Shown: positions 9,143 through 19,576 of the stretch, piece after piece
Layout: each line of letters starts with the position of its first letter
Position numbering within the stretch: the first letter of the stretch is position 1
DNA from: Nitrospira sp.
Lineage (GTDB): Bacteria > Nitrospirota > Nitrospiria > Nitrospirales > Nitrospiraceae
Direction of reading: 5' to 3'
DNA: 64,000 nt
Assembly (NCBI GenBank): GCA_047150005.1
Contig: AP038806.1
Span: 160,001 to 224,000 of the forward strand
Program-made: the position numbers and the translations under genes
Notes under the pieces: model-generated
What the model was told of the DNA's origin: nothing
The model's database searches: none
The model's input: only the letters and a program-made list of their open reading frames with translations

Positions 9143-11032
9143 CTACGACAGAAAGTTATCGACAAACATTTGATGCCATAATTCAATTGCGGTCAAAAGA
9201 AACAGCTCTTTCGCATAGGAAGGCTGTTTGATATTAGCATCGAGCATTTGCTCGACCATCTTTGGGGAAAAGTATTCTCTATTTATCGAGCTTTTACTCA
9301 AGAGTACGTCACGGACAAATCCTTCGATATCCTTAGACATCCATTCGTCATAGGGTACGGGGAACCCCGTCTTCTTGCGATAGAGTATTTGATCAGGAAC
9401 CCGTCCTTCGAACGCCTTTTTCAAGATATACTTTGTGGTAAACCCCCTTAGCTTAAAGTCTGTCGGTAGCGAAGCCGCGTATTCTAAAACAGCGTGATCC
9501 AGGAGAGGCACTCTCAGCTCCACGGAATTCGCCATTGTGATTTTATCCGCTTTAACCAACAGATCATCAGGAAGCCACGTCTTGGTGTCAATGCAGAGCA
9601 TTTTGTCAAGAAGTTCCATGTCACTGATTCTCTCAAGAAGTGATTCTCTATACTGTTCCGTAGTTTCCTTTTCCAGTGCGCACCTGAAACTGTCGGTATA
9701 TAGCTCATGATTATGACGAATGAGGAATGAGAACGGAGTTGATGTCCTGCTGAAGTAATAGTCCTCAAACTTCACGTCCATCAAGCGGGCACCCTTCTCG
9801 ATCTTAGCTGAGTTCACCAACCTATTTACCTTGAGCAGAAGTGACCCCGCTTCGGAGGAAAGAGGACCAAGAGCTTTTTTAATCCTTTCCAGCCAGACCA
9901 GGTTTCTATAGTCGGGATAGCCGGCAAACGCTTCATCTCCACCCTCCCCGGAAAGAAGCACCTTTACGTGGGAGCGGGCGAGTTTGGTAACGTAATAAAG
10001 CGCCACGGCAGGAGGTTCACAGACCGGCTCTTCCATGTGCCAGACATACTGAGGCAAGAATTCCGCAAACTCTCGTGAACTAATTGTCATATCGTAATGC
10101 CTTGTACCGAACCTATCGGCGGCAATCTGCGCGTATTGTCGCTCGTCAGCGAATTTTGCGGAATCAAACCCGATGGTAAAAGTACTGATTGGCTTGTCCG
10201 TCTGCTCGACGGCAAAACTGAGAAGTGCCGTTGAATCCACGCCGCCGCTCAGCAGAAAACCTACAGGGACGTCGCTGATCATATGGTCGGCCACAGCCTT
10301 CCGCAGCAGCTCGATAAGTTCTTGCTTTACTATGGTCTCAGTTTTCTTTGTTTTCATTCCGGGAAATCTGAGATCCCAATATTCGACATCTTTCATCGCA
10401 CCGTTTCTGTATAGTAGGTAATGACCCGGCAGCAGCTTCTTGATGTTCTTGAAGAGTGTTGACTCACCAGGAATGTAGTGATACCGAAGGAGTGAATCGA
10501 TAGCTCCGAAACTGATGCTGCGACTAACTGACTGATCAATCAGGACTGCCTTAATCTCCGAAGCAAAAATAAGACTGTCATCCGTTACGCAATAATATAG
10601 AGGCTTGATGCCAACCCTGTCTCTGGCGAGAACAAGGGTCTGCCCCTGCTTGTCCCACAACGCAATGGCGAACATCCCATGCAGCTTTGCGACAAAGTCT
10701 ACGTCATACTCTTCGTAAAGATGGACAATAACTTCAGTATCGGTGTGGGTTTGAAATCTGTGGCCGGCCTGAAGTAATTCCTCCCGGAGCTGTCTGAAGT
10801 TGTAGATCTCTCCATTAAAGACCACCCACACGGTGCCGACTTCGTTACAGATCGGCTGCTTGCCAGTATCTAAATCAATGATCGAAAGGCGTCGGTGACC
10901 CAGCACAACCTGCTGCTCAACATACATCCCTTCGTCATCCGGACCTCGGTGGACAAGCATGTCCATCATCCGTTGGACAAGAGAGACATCCACCGGCCCG
11001 TCCCAACTAATCTTTCCGCAAATTCCACACAT
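9143..11032 (-). CDS. asnB: Asparagine synthase (glutamine-hydrolysing), likely polysaccharide amidotransferase
   Basis: True start MCGICG (Ntn Cys) at 11032. HRGPD, RRLSIID, LSGGVDS and SGEGGDE motifs. Confidence 0.93.
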   Translation of the reverse strand: MCGICGKISWDGPVDVSLVQRMMDMLVHRGPDDEGMYVEQQVVLGHRRLSIIDLDTGKQPICNEVGTVWVVFNGEIYNFRQLREELLQAGHRFQTHTDTEVIVHLYEEYDVDFVAKLHGMFAIALWDKQGQTLVLARDRVGIKPLYYCVTDDSLIFASEIKAVLIDQSVSRSISFGAIDSLLRYHYIPGESTLFKNIKKLLPGHYLLYRNGAMKDVEYWDLRFPGMKTKKTETIVKQELIELLRKAVADHMISDVPVGFLLSGGVDSTALLSFAVEQTDKPISTFTIGFDSAKFADERQYAQIAADRFGTRHYDMTISSREFAEFLPQYVWHMEEPVCEPPAVALYYVTKLARSHVKVLLSGEGGDEAFAGYPDYRNLVWLERIKKALGPLSSEAGSLLLKVNRLVNSAKIEKGARLMDVKFEDYYFSRTSTPFSFLIRHNHELYTDSFRCALEKETTEQYRESLLERISDMELLDKMLCIDTKTWLPDDLLVKADKITMANSVELRVPLLDHAVLEYAASLPTDFKLRGFTTKYILKKAFEGRVPDQILYRKKTGFPVPYDEWMSKDIEGFVRDVLLSKSSINREYFSPKMVEQMLDANIKQPSYAKELFLLTAIELWHQMFVDNFLS

Positions 11033-11039
11033 GTGCGAG

Positions 11040-12065
11040 CTATACGTTCTGAGCTTTTCGCTTCCGCTCCGCCACACTCGCCCAGCTGGGAGGCATATTC
11101 TTCATCACCTCGATGTTTTCAAAAATGCTGCTCTCGCGAGCGCCGTGTTTTTTGACCCATTCCGCCATCGCAGAAATTCCCTTTTGAAGTCCGGTCTTCT
11201 CGCGCTTGCCAAAGACTCGTTCCGCCTTGCTATGGTCTGAGAAGGCGATCTTCACCTCGTTTCGCGGATCCAAGTGTACAGTCTGGCATGGCAGATCCAT
11301 GGCGGCGGCAACAATCCGTGCCAGCTCATTGACTGCGTGAGGTTGGTCAGCACCGACGTTGAAAATCTCATTGCGGCCTGCCGGATGGTTCACCGAGTCG
11401 GCAATAATTGGCGCTATATCGTTGATGTGCGTGAAGGCACGCTGCTGTTCCCCGTCACCGAAAATCGTCATGGGATCTCCCCTCAGTAACTGGTTCATGA
11501 AGATCCCCACGACGTTTCGATATCGGTCTCCGATATTCTGCCTCTCACCATAAACGTTATGGGGTCGGAAGATTATGTACTCTAGTCCGAACATATGCAG
11601 GCTGACCTTCAGCTCCTGCTCCACCGCTAGCTTGGCGATCCCGTATGAGTCTTCTGGCAGAGGGGCCATGTCCTCAGTCATCGGTGACTGCCCCGCCCCA
11701 TAGACTGCGATGGAAGAGGTGAAAACTAGACAATTGATATTATAATTGATGCACGCATTGATAAGGTTCACCGAACCAACAAGATTATTTTGGTAATTGA
11801 ACCGTTTAATGAAATGGCTCAATCCTTCAGCCGCATAGGCCGCCAAGTGATACACGTACTTGAAGGAGTACTTCTCAAATAATCGATTAATGAACTCATG
11901 GTCTAAGATCGATCCCTCGGCAAATACCGCACCATCGGGAACGTTGTCGACGAATCCCCCACTTAAGTCGTCTATGACGACCACCGTATGCCCCATCTTG
12001 AGCAGATGCTCGGCGACGTGAGACCCCATGAATCCGGCGCCGCCAGTAACCAGAGAGACAGGCAT
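11040..12065 (-). CDS. NAD-dependent epimerase/dehydratase
   Basis: TGGAGFMG and YGIAK (YxxxK) motifs. Confidence 0.9.
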   Translation of the reverse strand: MPVSLVTGGAGFMGSHVAEHLLKMGHTVVVIDDLSGGFVDNVPDGAVFAEGSILDHEFINRLFEKYSFKYVYHLAAYAAEGLSHFIKRFNYQNNLVGSVNLINACINYNINCLVFTSSIAVYGAGQSPMTEDMAPLPEDSYGIAKLAVEQELKVSLHMFGLEYIIFRPHNVYGERQNIGDRYRNVVGIFMNQLLRGDPMTIFGDGEQQRAFTHINDIAPIIADSVNHPAGRNEIFNVGADQPHAVNELARIVAAAMDLPCQTVHLDPRNEVKIAFSDHSKAERVFGKREKTGLQKGISAMAEWVKKHGARESSIFENIEVMKNMPPSWASVAERKRKAQNV

Positions 12066-12131
12066 TGCGATACCCCCCTTTCACGAGATAAGAATATTTT
12101 ATGCGGGTTCTAAGAGAGCGCCTGCAAAGCG

Positions 12132-13139
12132 TTACGTTGGCGTGGCAAGTGACTTGGCGTTGATTTCCGGCTCTTCCCCAACTTCTATAAATCGGACCGG
12201 GTCGAGGCGCCGGTTCCACTCCGCCGCGACTCGGTACATGTGCATCCGGCCCTTCAACGCATCCGTGCGTTTTACCAACTGGATCATGCCGTAACCAAGC
12301 TGCCGAACTCGCAGCCATATAAGTAAGACACGGCGGCAGCGGCGTGCTCCCTCCTGACCGTAATACTTGTAAAAGTAGCGATAGCGGTTGCGGCACTTTT
12401 CCAGTTCGAACTTGATCGGGAATCGGTTGACTGACTGCCCACCCAGATGCGTGATGCTTACTTCAGGGGTGTAAATAATCGGATAACCTGCTTGCCAGAC
12501 CCGTCGGCACAAGTCGACCTCCTCGTAATGGTAGAAGAACTGCTCGTCAAACCCGCCCAAGCGCTTGATCAAGTCACCGCGGAACATCACACAGCATCCG
12601 GACTGCCAGTCAATCAGTCGCTCAGTATCTCCTTGCCATCCGGTATAAGTGTCGGAAATGAATCTGTCCGACACGTAAGCAAGTGGTCTCAGATAGAGTG
12701 CCGCGAGCAAGTCGCGCCAAATCGTCGGGAAGGGCCGGGGGGAGCCCTGATAGGAACCGTCAGGATTCAGGACGCGGCATCCAAAGCCGCTGGCTTCTGG
12801 GTGTCGGTCGGCGAACCGGATCCATCTGTCCAACGCCCCGTCGTGTATGATTGTGTCTGGATTCAGGATGAGGATATATTCTCCTCGGCTGGCCCGAATG
12901 CCCACGTTGTTTGCCTTGCTGAACCCAAGGTTCGCACCGTTTTCGACAACAAGAACCTGCGGGTGATTCTGTCGTATGAAATCAACCGAGCCGTCGGTTG
13001 AGCTGTTGTCGGAGACGATGACTTCGAATTCAGTCGAATGCGTGCCAGCGTAAATTGAACGCAGACAATCGCGGATAACTTTCAGGTCATTCCAACACAC
13101 AATAACGATGGAAAGTTTCATTGCGTCCTCCCATTTCAT
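12132..13139 (-). CDS. Glycosyltransferase family 2 (WbbL-like)
   Basis: SIVIVCWN, DNSSTDGS, LNPDT and FDEQFFYHYEEVD motifs. Confidence 0.9.
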   Translation of the reverse strand: MKWEDAMKLSIVIVCWNDLKVIRDCLRSIYAGTHSTEFEVIVSDNSSTDGSVDFIRQNHPQVLVVENGANLGFSKANNVGIRASRGEYILILNPDTIIHDGALDRWIRFADRHPEASGFGCRVLNPDGSYQGSPRPFPTIWRDLLAALYLRPLAYVSDRFISDTYTGWQGDTERLIDWQSGCCVMFRGDLIKRLGGFDEQFFYHYEEVDLCRRVWQAGYPIIYTPEVSITHLGGQSVNRFPIKFELEKCRNRYRYFYKYYGQEGARRCRRVLLIWLRVRQLGYGMIQLVKRTDALKGRMHMYRVAAEWNRRLDPVRFIEVGEEPEINAKSLATPT

Positions 13140-13306
13140 GTTAGTCAGTTAGCGTCGGCAGATTATCTTTGGCGTGTATGCCTAAGAGGAAGAGGGGTTC
13201 GATCCTATTGCCAGACACTTTCGAGCAGAAAGAGGCGGCGGAGCTGTTGTCTCCTGATACACTTAATTAAGGCAGGGTCCGCCACTCGGGGAGCTTACAT
13301 CCACTC

Positions 13307-14188
13307 CTACTTCCAGATACTGTCCTTCAACAGCAACCTGCAGATCTGCTGGTTGCGCAGATAGCGAATAAGTGCTGGGTCAGGAGCCTGTTGAACACCT
13401 TTAAGATATCCAGCGATAAAGCCGTAGAAAAGACCAAGCGCGCTGATCAGATAGGGTCTTTGAAAGGATCTCTTGAGACATTTCACTGCCATGAAAAGTG
13501 GATGGTATCCGGCGATGTAGTTCGCTCTTCCATTCTTAACCCATCCACCCCAGGTACCGTCGGCGGAACCGGTGTATTTATGGTGGATGAGCTTCAGATC
13601 CGGAAAGCTGTGGGTGGTCCATCCCAGCATGTTGGCCTTGACTTCATCCAGGGTGTCCCAGCCCGGAGCCTGAATTAATCCTCCGAGGGCATCCCAGCAG
13701 GCTTTCCTATAGATCTTTGTAGCGCCCCGGACATGGAATCGGGGGTTTTTCTCAACTATCAGCGAGCCATCAATATCGTGGTAGACGTCACCACCCCCAA
13801 TGCCGAGCATCGGTTCCACTGCGAAATACTTGAAGCACTTCTCGAAGTAATCGGTGTCGAAGGAGAGATCGCCATCGAATTTCACCAGGAAGTCCCACTC
13901 TGATGTTGCGAGTGCTCTATAGCCCTCATTAAAGGCCTCAATGACCCCACCGCCGGATTTGCGGAATCCTCTATTTTCCCTATGAATGGCCTTTATCCAT
14001 GCGCACTTCGCCACGTAACGATTAATGATCTGCCTGGTATCGTCCGTAGAACCGTCATTGACGATAATCCATTGAGTCGGAAGCGTCGTCTGGGCGACCA
14101 TGGATTGAATCGTCTTCTCGATATGAGCCATTTCATCCCGCACTGGGCTTATGACAACGTATGTGAGACTGGGCTTAGTCATTTTCAA
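13307..14188 (-). CDS. Glycosyltransferase family 2
   Basis: ISPVRDE, VNDGSTD, KFDGD and GWDTLDE motifs. Confidence 0.9.
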   Translation of the reverse strand: MKMTKPSLTYVVISPVRDEMAHIEKTIQSMVAQTTLPTQWIIVNDGSTDDTRQIINRYVAKCAWIKAIHRENRGFRKSGGGVIEAFNEGYRALATSEWDFLVKFDGDLSFDTDYFEKCFKYFAVEPMLGIGGGDVYHDIDGSLIVEKNPRFHVRGATKIYRKACWDALGGLIQAPGWDTLDEVKANMLGWTTHSFPDLKLIHHKYTGSADGTWGGWVKNGRANYIAGYHPLFMAVKCLKRSFQRPYLISALGLFYGFIAGYLKGVQQAPDPALIRYLRNQQICRLLLKDSIWK

Positions 14189-15330
14189 CTACTTTATGAA
14201 TGATTGATCGGGCTCGCTTAATCATACGCTGTGGTGTGTGAAGCCAATCGTAATCACCATTCAGTTTTGCACCGAACTAATCTTGATCATCACCAATGTT
14301 TACTGGAAGTCTCTTTATAAACATCGCGCTGTCACCTTCGCGATATCTGCCGATGATGGCTGTCACACAACGTCAGGCTGAACCGATCGCCGAAGACGTC
14401 GTCCGCTCTGGTTAAAAAAACTGTCTTATTACGGGACCAACGTCAGTCGGAGGGGACTGCGGCGGGCTGGAAGTTCTGGAAGCGGCAATACTACTGGGCG
14501 CCCTAATGTGACCTTCCCCCCTTTATTACACCAAAGCTGAGGAAGTTAGCTCCTGTGTCGGCTGGGCCTGGTTTTGATAGTTGGTAATGAACTCCTGGGG
14601 TGTCACATCCCCAATTGCGCTATGCGTCCGGTCTTCGTTGTATTCCCGTCGCCACGCTTCAATCACGACCTGCGCTTCCTGCAGCGTCACAAACCAATGC
14701 TCGTTGAGACATTCATCCCGAAACTTACCATTGAAGCTCTCGATAAACGCGTTCTGCACCGGCTTCCCTGGCTGAATGAAGTGCAGATGCACGCCGTGCT
14801 GCGCCGCCCAGGCATCGAGCGCCGTCCCCGCGAATTCTGGGCCGTTATCCAGGATCAGCGTCTCGGGCAGCGGGCGAGTGAGAAACACCCGATCGAGAAT
14901 CCGGCACACTCGTGCCCCACCGATCGACACCTCGACCTCAATCACCGGGACCTCTTTCGAACACGGATCGGTCATCGTCAAACATTTATACCGTCGTCCG
15001 GTCACCAATCGGTCGTGCACAAAATCCAGGGCATAACAGCGCCCCGGCTGTGTCGGCCGGGGGAGCGCGACGCGCGGCACCGCGGCGAATTTCTTCCGTC
15101 GACGCCGGCGTAACGACAGGCCTTCGTCCCCATAATAAATCCGTTCCACTTTCTTATGGTTCACACGCCAGCCCTCGCGCCGTAAGCGCACATAGATCCG
15201 GGGACAGCCGTACCGCCGCTTGGTCTCGGCAATCTCGCGGATCCGGGTCCGCAGCGCCTCATTATCCTGCTCCCCTTGAAATTGAGACCACCTCTACGAC
15301 ATGGTCCTACGACGGACCGAGGAGGTGGCG

Positions 15331-15657
15331 ATGGCAGCAGAAGCAGCAGAACCCATTGAACGGTGGACGGCCAAGCGACGCGTGGCATTGGTCGTGAGTA
15401 TTCTGAAGGGTGAGACCTCGGTGGCCGAGGCGGCCCGGCAGCACGGCCTGACCGTGGCGGAGGTGGAGGCGTGGCGTGAGAAGTTTCTCCTCGGCGCCGA
15501 GAACGCGCTCCGGACTCGGCCCAAGGACGAGGAGGCCGTGAAGGACGAGCAGATCAAGAAGCTGAAACAGAAGATCGGGGATCTGGTCGTGGACAACGAC
15601 ATCTTACGGGAGGCCTTGAAACCCTTCCCTTTGGACCGGAAGACATCCGACGCGTGA
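15331..15657 (+). CDS. IS3 transposase OrfA (DUF1153-like HTH)
   Basis: RWTAKRRVALV...AEAARQHGLT...LKQKIGDLVVDN; GGAGG RBS upstream. Confidence 0.88.
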   Translation: MAAEAAEPIERWTAKRRVALVVSILKGETSVAEAARQHGLTVAEVEAWREKFLLGAENALRTRPKDEEAVKDEQIKKLKQKIGDLVVDNDILREALKPFPLDRKTSDA

Positions 15658-16484
15658 GAGCCCGCGTGGGGGTCTCCGAGCGACGGAGTTGCCAGGTGCT
15701 CCGCGTGAACCGAGCCGGTCTGCATCGGACGAGAGCAACGGAGGGACGACGCCGAGGCCCCACGGCACCCCCGTGGCTGGAGCGGATGCGGTATTGGATT
15801 CAGCAGCATCCCACGTTTGGGTATCGCCGACTCTGGGTGATGTTGCGGTATCAGGATGGGATCCTGGTGAATCGCAAAGCCGTGTATCGCGTGCTGAAGC
15901 AGCAGGGCTGGTTCGTCCACCAACGCGTGGCGACCCCGCGCCCTCGGGTGCGAGGCTGGCGCAGTCGGGCTGGGCAGAGCAATGAACGGTGGGCGATGGA
16001 CGTGACGCATATTCCCTGTGGCCAGGACGGCTGGGCCCATCTCGCGGCCGTGATCGACTGTCACGATCGGGAAGTCATCGGCTACGAGTTCGCGTTGCGC
16101 AGTCGGGCCAAGGAGGCGGAGCGGGCCGTCGAAGCGGCGTGCCTGCAGCGGTTCGGGACGTTGCGGCCTACGGGCGCACCGGTCCTCCGCAGTGACAACG
16201 GCCTGATCTTCCAGAGTCGCCGGTTTCGACAAGCCTGTCGGGACTATCGGCTCCAACAGGAATTCATTACGCCCTATACGCCGGAACAGAACGGGATCAT
16301 CGAGCGGTTCTTCCGGAGTCTGAAGGAGGAGTGCGTCTGGCAACACACGTTCCAGACGTTTGAGGAGGCGCGACGGATCATTCGGGACTGGCTCCATTGG
16401 TACAACGAGGGACGACCGCACAGCGCCTTGGCGTATCGGAGTCCCGTCCAATTCCGCGCGCAACAGTCAACCCAGGTGGCTTGA
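15654..16484 (+). CDS. IS3 transposase OrfB (rve DDE)
   Basis: WAMDVTHI, RSDNG and ERFFRSLKEE motifs; reading frame intact. Confidence 0.92.
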   Translation: MRARVGVSERRSCQVLRVNRAGLHRTRATEGRRRGPTAPPWLERMRYWIQQHPTFGYRRLWVMLRYQDGILVNRKAVYRVLKQQGWFVHQRVATPRPRVRGWRSRAGQSNERWAMDVTHIPCGQDGWAHLAAVIDCHDREVIGYEFALRSRAKEAERAVEAACLQRFGTLRPTGAPVLRSDNGLIFQSRRFRQACRDYRLQQEFITPYTPEQNGIIERFFRSLKEECVWQHTFQTFEEARRIIRDWLHWYNEGRPHSALAYRSPVQFRAQQSTQVA

Positions 16485-16632
16485 TTTCAGGGGAGCACTA
16501 CATCATCGTCGTGGCGACGACTCCGATACCGAAGCGTCTGGCGATCGAGGGCCAAGAGCCGGCACATCCGTCGTTGACTGAGCCCAAAGCGCTCGGTGCT
16601 CCACTGAGCCGCCGCTCGCTTCGCCTTGGGCC

Positions 16633-16899
16633 CTACCAGTTTTTTGCGTTGACCGCTTTCAGCGCCTGGATGTCCAGGGCGTGGTCTGCCACCATCTGCT
16701 TGAGCCGCCGGTTTTCGTCTTCCAGCTGGCGGAGCTTCTTCACATCACTAACTTCGAGCCCGGCATATTTCGCCCGCCACTTATAAAACGTGGCGTCCGA
16801 GATGCCGTGTTTGCGGCAGAGCTCCTGAATGCCTGTGCCCGCCTGGGCATCCTTGAGTACCGCAATGATCTGTTCCTCCGTGTGCCGCTTTCGTGTCAT
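16633..16899 (-). CDS. IS407-type transposase OrfA
   Basis: MTRKRHTEEQII...ELCRKHGISDATFYKW...LEDENRRLK; ends in an A-run CAAAAAACTGGTAG, a typical -1 frameshift window. Confidence 0.9.
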   Translation of the reverse strand: MTRKRHTEEQIIAVLKDAQAGTGIQELCRKHGISDATFYKWRAKYAGLEVSDVKKLRQLEDENRRLKQMVADHALDIQALKAVNAKNW

Positions 16900-17085
16900 G
16901 GCCCCCTCCTGTGGGGCCCATCTCAGCACAGGTGCACTTCCTTGCCAATGGTCTAGTTTTCAGGGGGAAGGTCAAATGCATCATCGGACTTACGCCAAGC
17001 GTCTGAATCCGTCACCGGAATGATCGTGACAGTAGCTCTCCACAAAGCAGCGCAATATTCATTGCATCTTACTGTGACTCCCGGT

Positions 17086-18072
17086 TTACGAAGGAACCTT
17101 CTCCTTTTCCCTATAGAAGCTTGCAGAGGAGAGGTTAATGCGACTGTTCTCAATGTATATTCTTTTCTTGAGACTCTTCTCCAATTTTCTTCTGTATGAT
17201 CGATCATAGAAGAATTGTCTTCGATCCTCATGAAGAACCGGCAGCATCTTCCCCCAGCCTGGCTTGTGTGTTGCGCCGAGTGAGGCCTTATGAACACGAT
17301 AGCGTATGAGTGGCTCCCTAATTACTTGCCCTCGATAACCGCATTGAACCATATCAATCCAGAACACCCAATCTTCGAAATATCCATCATATCTAGTCAA
17401 AAAGCCCGATCCATTCTGTTCTTTTACTCTTTCCCACGCTTCCCTTCTAATGACACTATGCGAAGGCGACGTAGTACGTTGTCTTAAGAAGAATGGATCC
17501 AGATCCTGTGTTTCCCATATAGATTCAACATCACCGAAACATTGAACCCAACTATAGCAACTTCCCAAACTCTCATCGCTTTCAAGAAGAGTTAATGTCT
17601 TTTCCAAATATGTAGGCTCAATAAAATCATCAGGATCTAAGTAACAGATATACTTTCCAGCAGCCTGTGCTGCCCCATTATTTCGCGTCTGCGCCAGTCC
17701 CTGATTTGCCTGATGAATAACCTTTGTCTTTTCATAGCAAAGATTATGTAATACATACATTGTACTTTCATCCGTTGAACCATCATTGATCACAAGTATT
17801 TCAAACCTTTGGAACGTTTGGGCAAGTACAGACTCAATCGCACCTTTGATAAACATTCCATAGTTGTAGCAAGGGATAATCACGGACACGAGTGGCTTCT
17901 CTACAGGCCATTCTTGCTGCTGTTTAGTCTGGCATTCTATTCTATACATCTTTCTAGATAACCAGTGCGCATGACGCTCAAGATACATTCCCAGTCTCTT
18001 AAGCAAAACAACACCCCCATCTCTTCTGAGTATATGGATTGCCTCTTTCCATCGTTGTGATGCCGTCATCAC
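17086..18072 (-). CDS. Glycosyltransferase family 2
   Basis: VSVIIPCYN, NDGSTD, LDPDD and EDW motifs. Confidence 0.9.
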   Translation of the reverse strand: MMTASQRWKEAIHILRRDGGVVLLKRLGMYLERHAHWLSRKMYRIECQTKQQQEWPVEKPLVSVIIPCYNYGMFIKGAIESVLAQTFQRFEILVINDGSTDESTMYVLHNLCYEKTKVIHQANQGLAQTRNNGAAQAAGKYICYLDPDDFIEPTYLEKTLTLLESDESLGSCYSWVQCFGDVESIWETQDLDPFFLRQRTTSPSHSVIRREAWERVKEQNGSGFLTRYDGYFEDWVFWIDMVQCGYRGQVIREPLIRYRVHKASLGATHKPGWGKMLPVLHEDRRQFFYDRSYRRKLEKSLKKRIYIENSRINLSSASFYREKEKVPS

Positions 18073-19175
18073 CGTTGTCCCTTCAATTCGCCGTGCCTGG
18101 AGCGCTCCGCGGCGAATTCCAATGCCTTTTCAAACAGGTCCGTGGCATCATCCCAAGTGAAGCCGGTCGCGGTGCTGTATGCTGCATCCGACATTTTCCG
18201 CCATTCCACTTCCGGCAGACGCAATACGCGTAACAGACGATCCGCGAGGGAATCTACATCCTTCACATCGACTATGTGGCCGTTTACCCCCTCCTCAATC
18301 ATATCCATCGGACCCCCAACACGTGTCGACACGACCGGACACCGGCAGGCCATCGCCTCAAGAGGCGGTAAATGAAATCCCTCCACGAGACTCCCGCATA
18401 ACCACACGTCACATTGAGCGTAGAGGTCCCTGAGCTTTTCCTGTGGTGGCTGGTGATGAAACTCTGCGAAGTGCGGAAGTCGTAGGCTAAAGTCCGGCTG
18501 CTCCGCTCCGAAGGAGACGACTCGAAGCGAAGGCATCTCCTTCGCAACTAGCCGCAGCACCTTGATACTGGTACAACATCCCTTCAGGGGGGAATTATGA
18601 TGCAATAATCCTACGGTGGGAACCGACCTTTTCCTTCTTGGAACGGCGTGGAACTGGTTCAAATCGACACCATTGGGCACGTGCGAAACTACTTTATCTC
18701 CAAACTTTGTTTCCGCAAGATCAACCAGCCACTGGGATACCGCAATCTTGTGCATCGGCATCCTCCAAGTTTCTTCCAATTCCGGATTGGTCTTACCTTC
18801 CTCCTCTTCATAACCCTGAATGAAAATTGCCTTCGCGCCTTTTGAGCGAGAAAGTCGCTCCACTCCGTAAGCGGTCCTATAATAGGTCGCCACCACAACA
18901 TCCGCATCAGGCATATCCGCATTCGTTACCGGCCTAATCTGTTCCAGCACGCGGTGCTCCACATCAATTCCATCAATATGAGAAGGCTCTCTCCTTCTTC
19001 CCGGCCACCCCCCGCCCAAAATGATCGACTTAACCTTGTGTCGCAATGTATGAGTTATCGGCGTCGAAATGAAAAGAATTTTATGACCACGTTGCTTCAA
19101 TCGTTCGGCATAGATCGCTATCACCCGCACACCTCCCTGCAAGCCTGCGAACGGAAGCACAAATGTGATTTTCAT
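18069..19175 (-). CDS. Glycosyltransferase family 4
   Basis: PNGVD and EGFHLPPLEAMACRCPVV motifs. Confidence 0.9.
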   Translation of the reverse strand: MKITFVLPFAGLQGGVRVIAIYAERLKQRGHKILFISTPITHTLRHKVKSIILGGGWPGRRREPSHIDGIDVEHRVLEQIRPVTNADMPDADVVVATYYRTAYGVERLSRSKGAKAIFIQGYEEEEGKTNPELEETWRMPMHKIAVSQWLVDLAETKFGDKVVSHVPNGVDLNQFHAVPRRKRSVPTVGLLHHNSPLKGCCTSIKVLRLVAKEMPSLRVVSFGAEQPDFSLRLPHFAEFHHQPPQEKLRDLYAQCDVWLCGSLVEGFHLPPLEAMACRCPVVSTRVGGPMDMIEEGVNGHIVDVKDVDSLADRLLRVLRLPEVEWRKMSDAAYSTATGFTWDDATDLFEKALEFAAERSRHGELKGQR

Positions 19176-19576
19176 TTTCTAAGTCGCCTTTTCAAGACAG
19201 CGCTATGGGGTTTAGGCAATTCGGCTGGTCCCGCGCGATGCAGTGAACAACTCCCCATTCTCATTGTAACCCCCAAGCCATCGGAGTGGCTGGACCCAGG
19301 GGAACAGGATTGCGCATCTTGGATTCGATCTCCTTCTGAGTGTATGCGCCATAGCGTTCTTCAGCCATCTTGCTTCCTGTTGATCGAGTCATTCGCCGGA
19401 CTTTCGATCATGTCCACTTCTACCAACTTGCCATTCACGATGGCCTCTGATTGTGTCGCGCTAATAGCGGTAGACGTGAAATACGTATAGGGCAGATACG
19501 ACTCTTCAATGTGGAAGAAAAAGAAGTGAACGATGTGGACAGTTCAGTTCAACCTGAGAAGGCGCACATTTGTTTC

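Larger units (their letters stand above)
15263..16502 (+). mobile_element. IS3-family element nested in the IS407-type element
   Basis: IRL TATCCTGCTCCCCTTGAAATTGAGACCACC versus reverse complement of IRR TGTAGTGCTCCCCTGAAATCAAGCCACC. TCAT duplicated at 15259-15262 and 16503-16506. Confidence 0.93.
14526..16640 (-). pseudogene. IS407-type transposase OrfB (DDE), split by inner IS at 15263-16502
   Basis: Removing the inner IS and one TCAT restores [29 protein letters not shown] motifs LDFVHD, DNGPEF and [10 protein letters not shown] are in 14526-15191. Confidence 0.9.
14509..16974 (-). mobile_element. IS3-family (IS407 group) element, interrupted by a second IS3
   Basis: Both termini read TGACCTTCCCCCT inward (14509 and 16974). 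AATG target duplication at 14505-14508 and 16975-16978. Confidence 0.93.

Noticed and set aside
15294..16463. 389-aa minus-strand ORF
   Set aside because: Antisense of the inner IS3 transposase.
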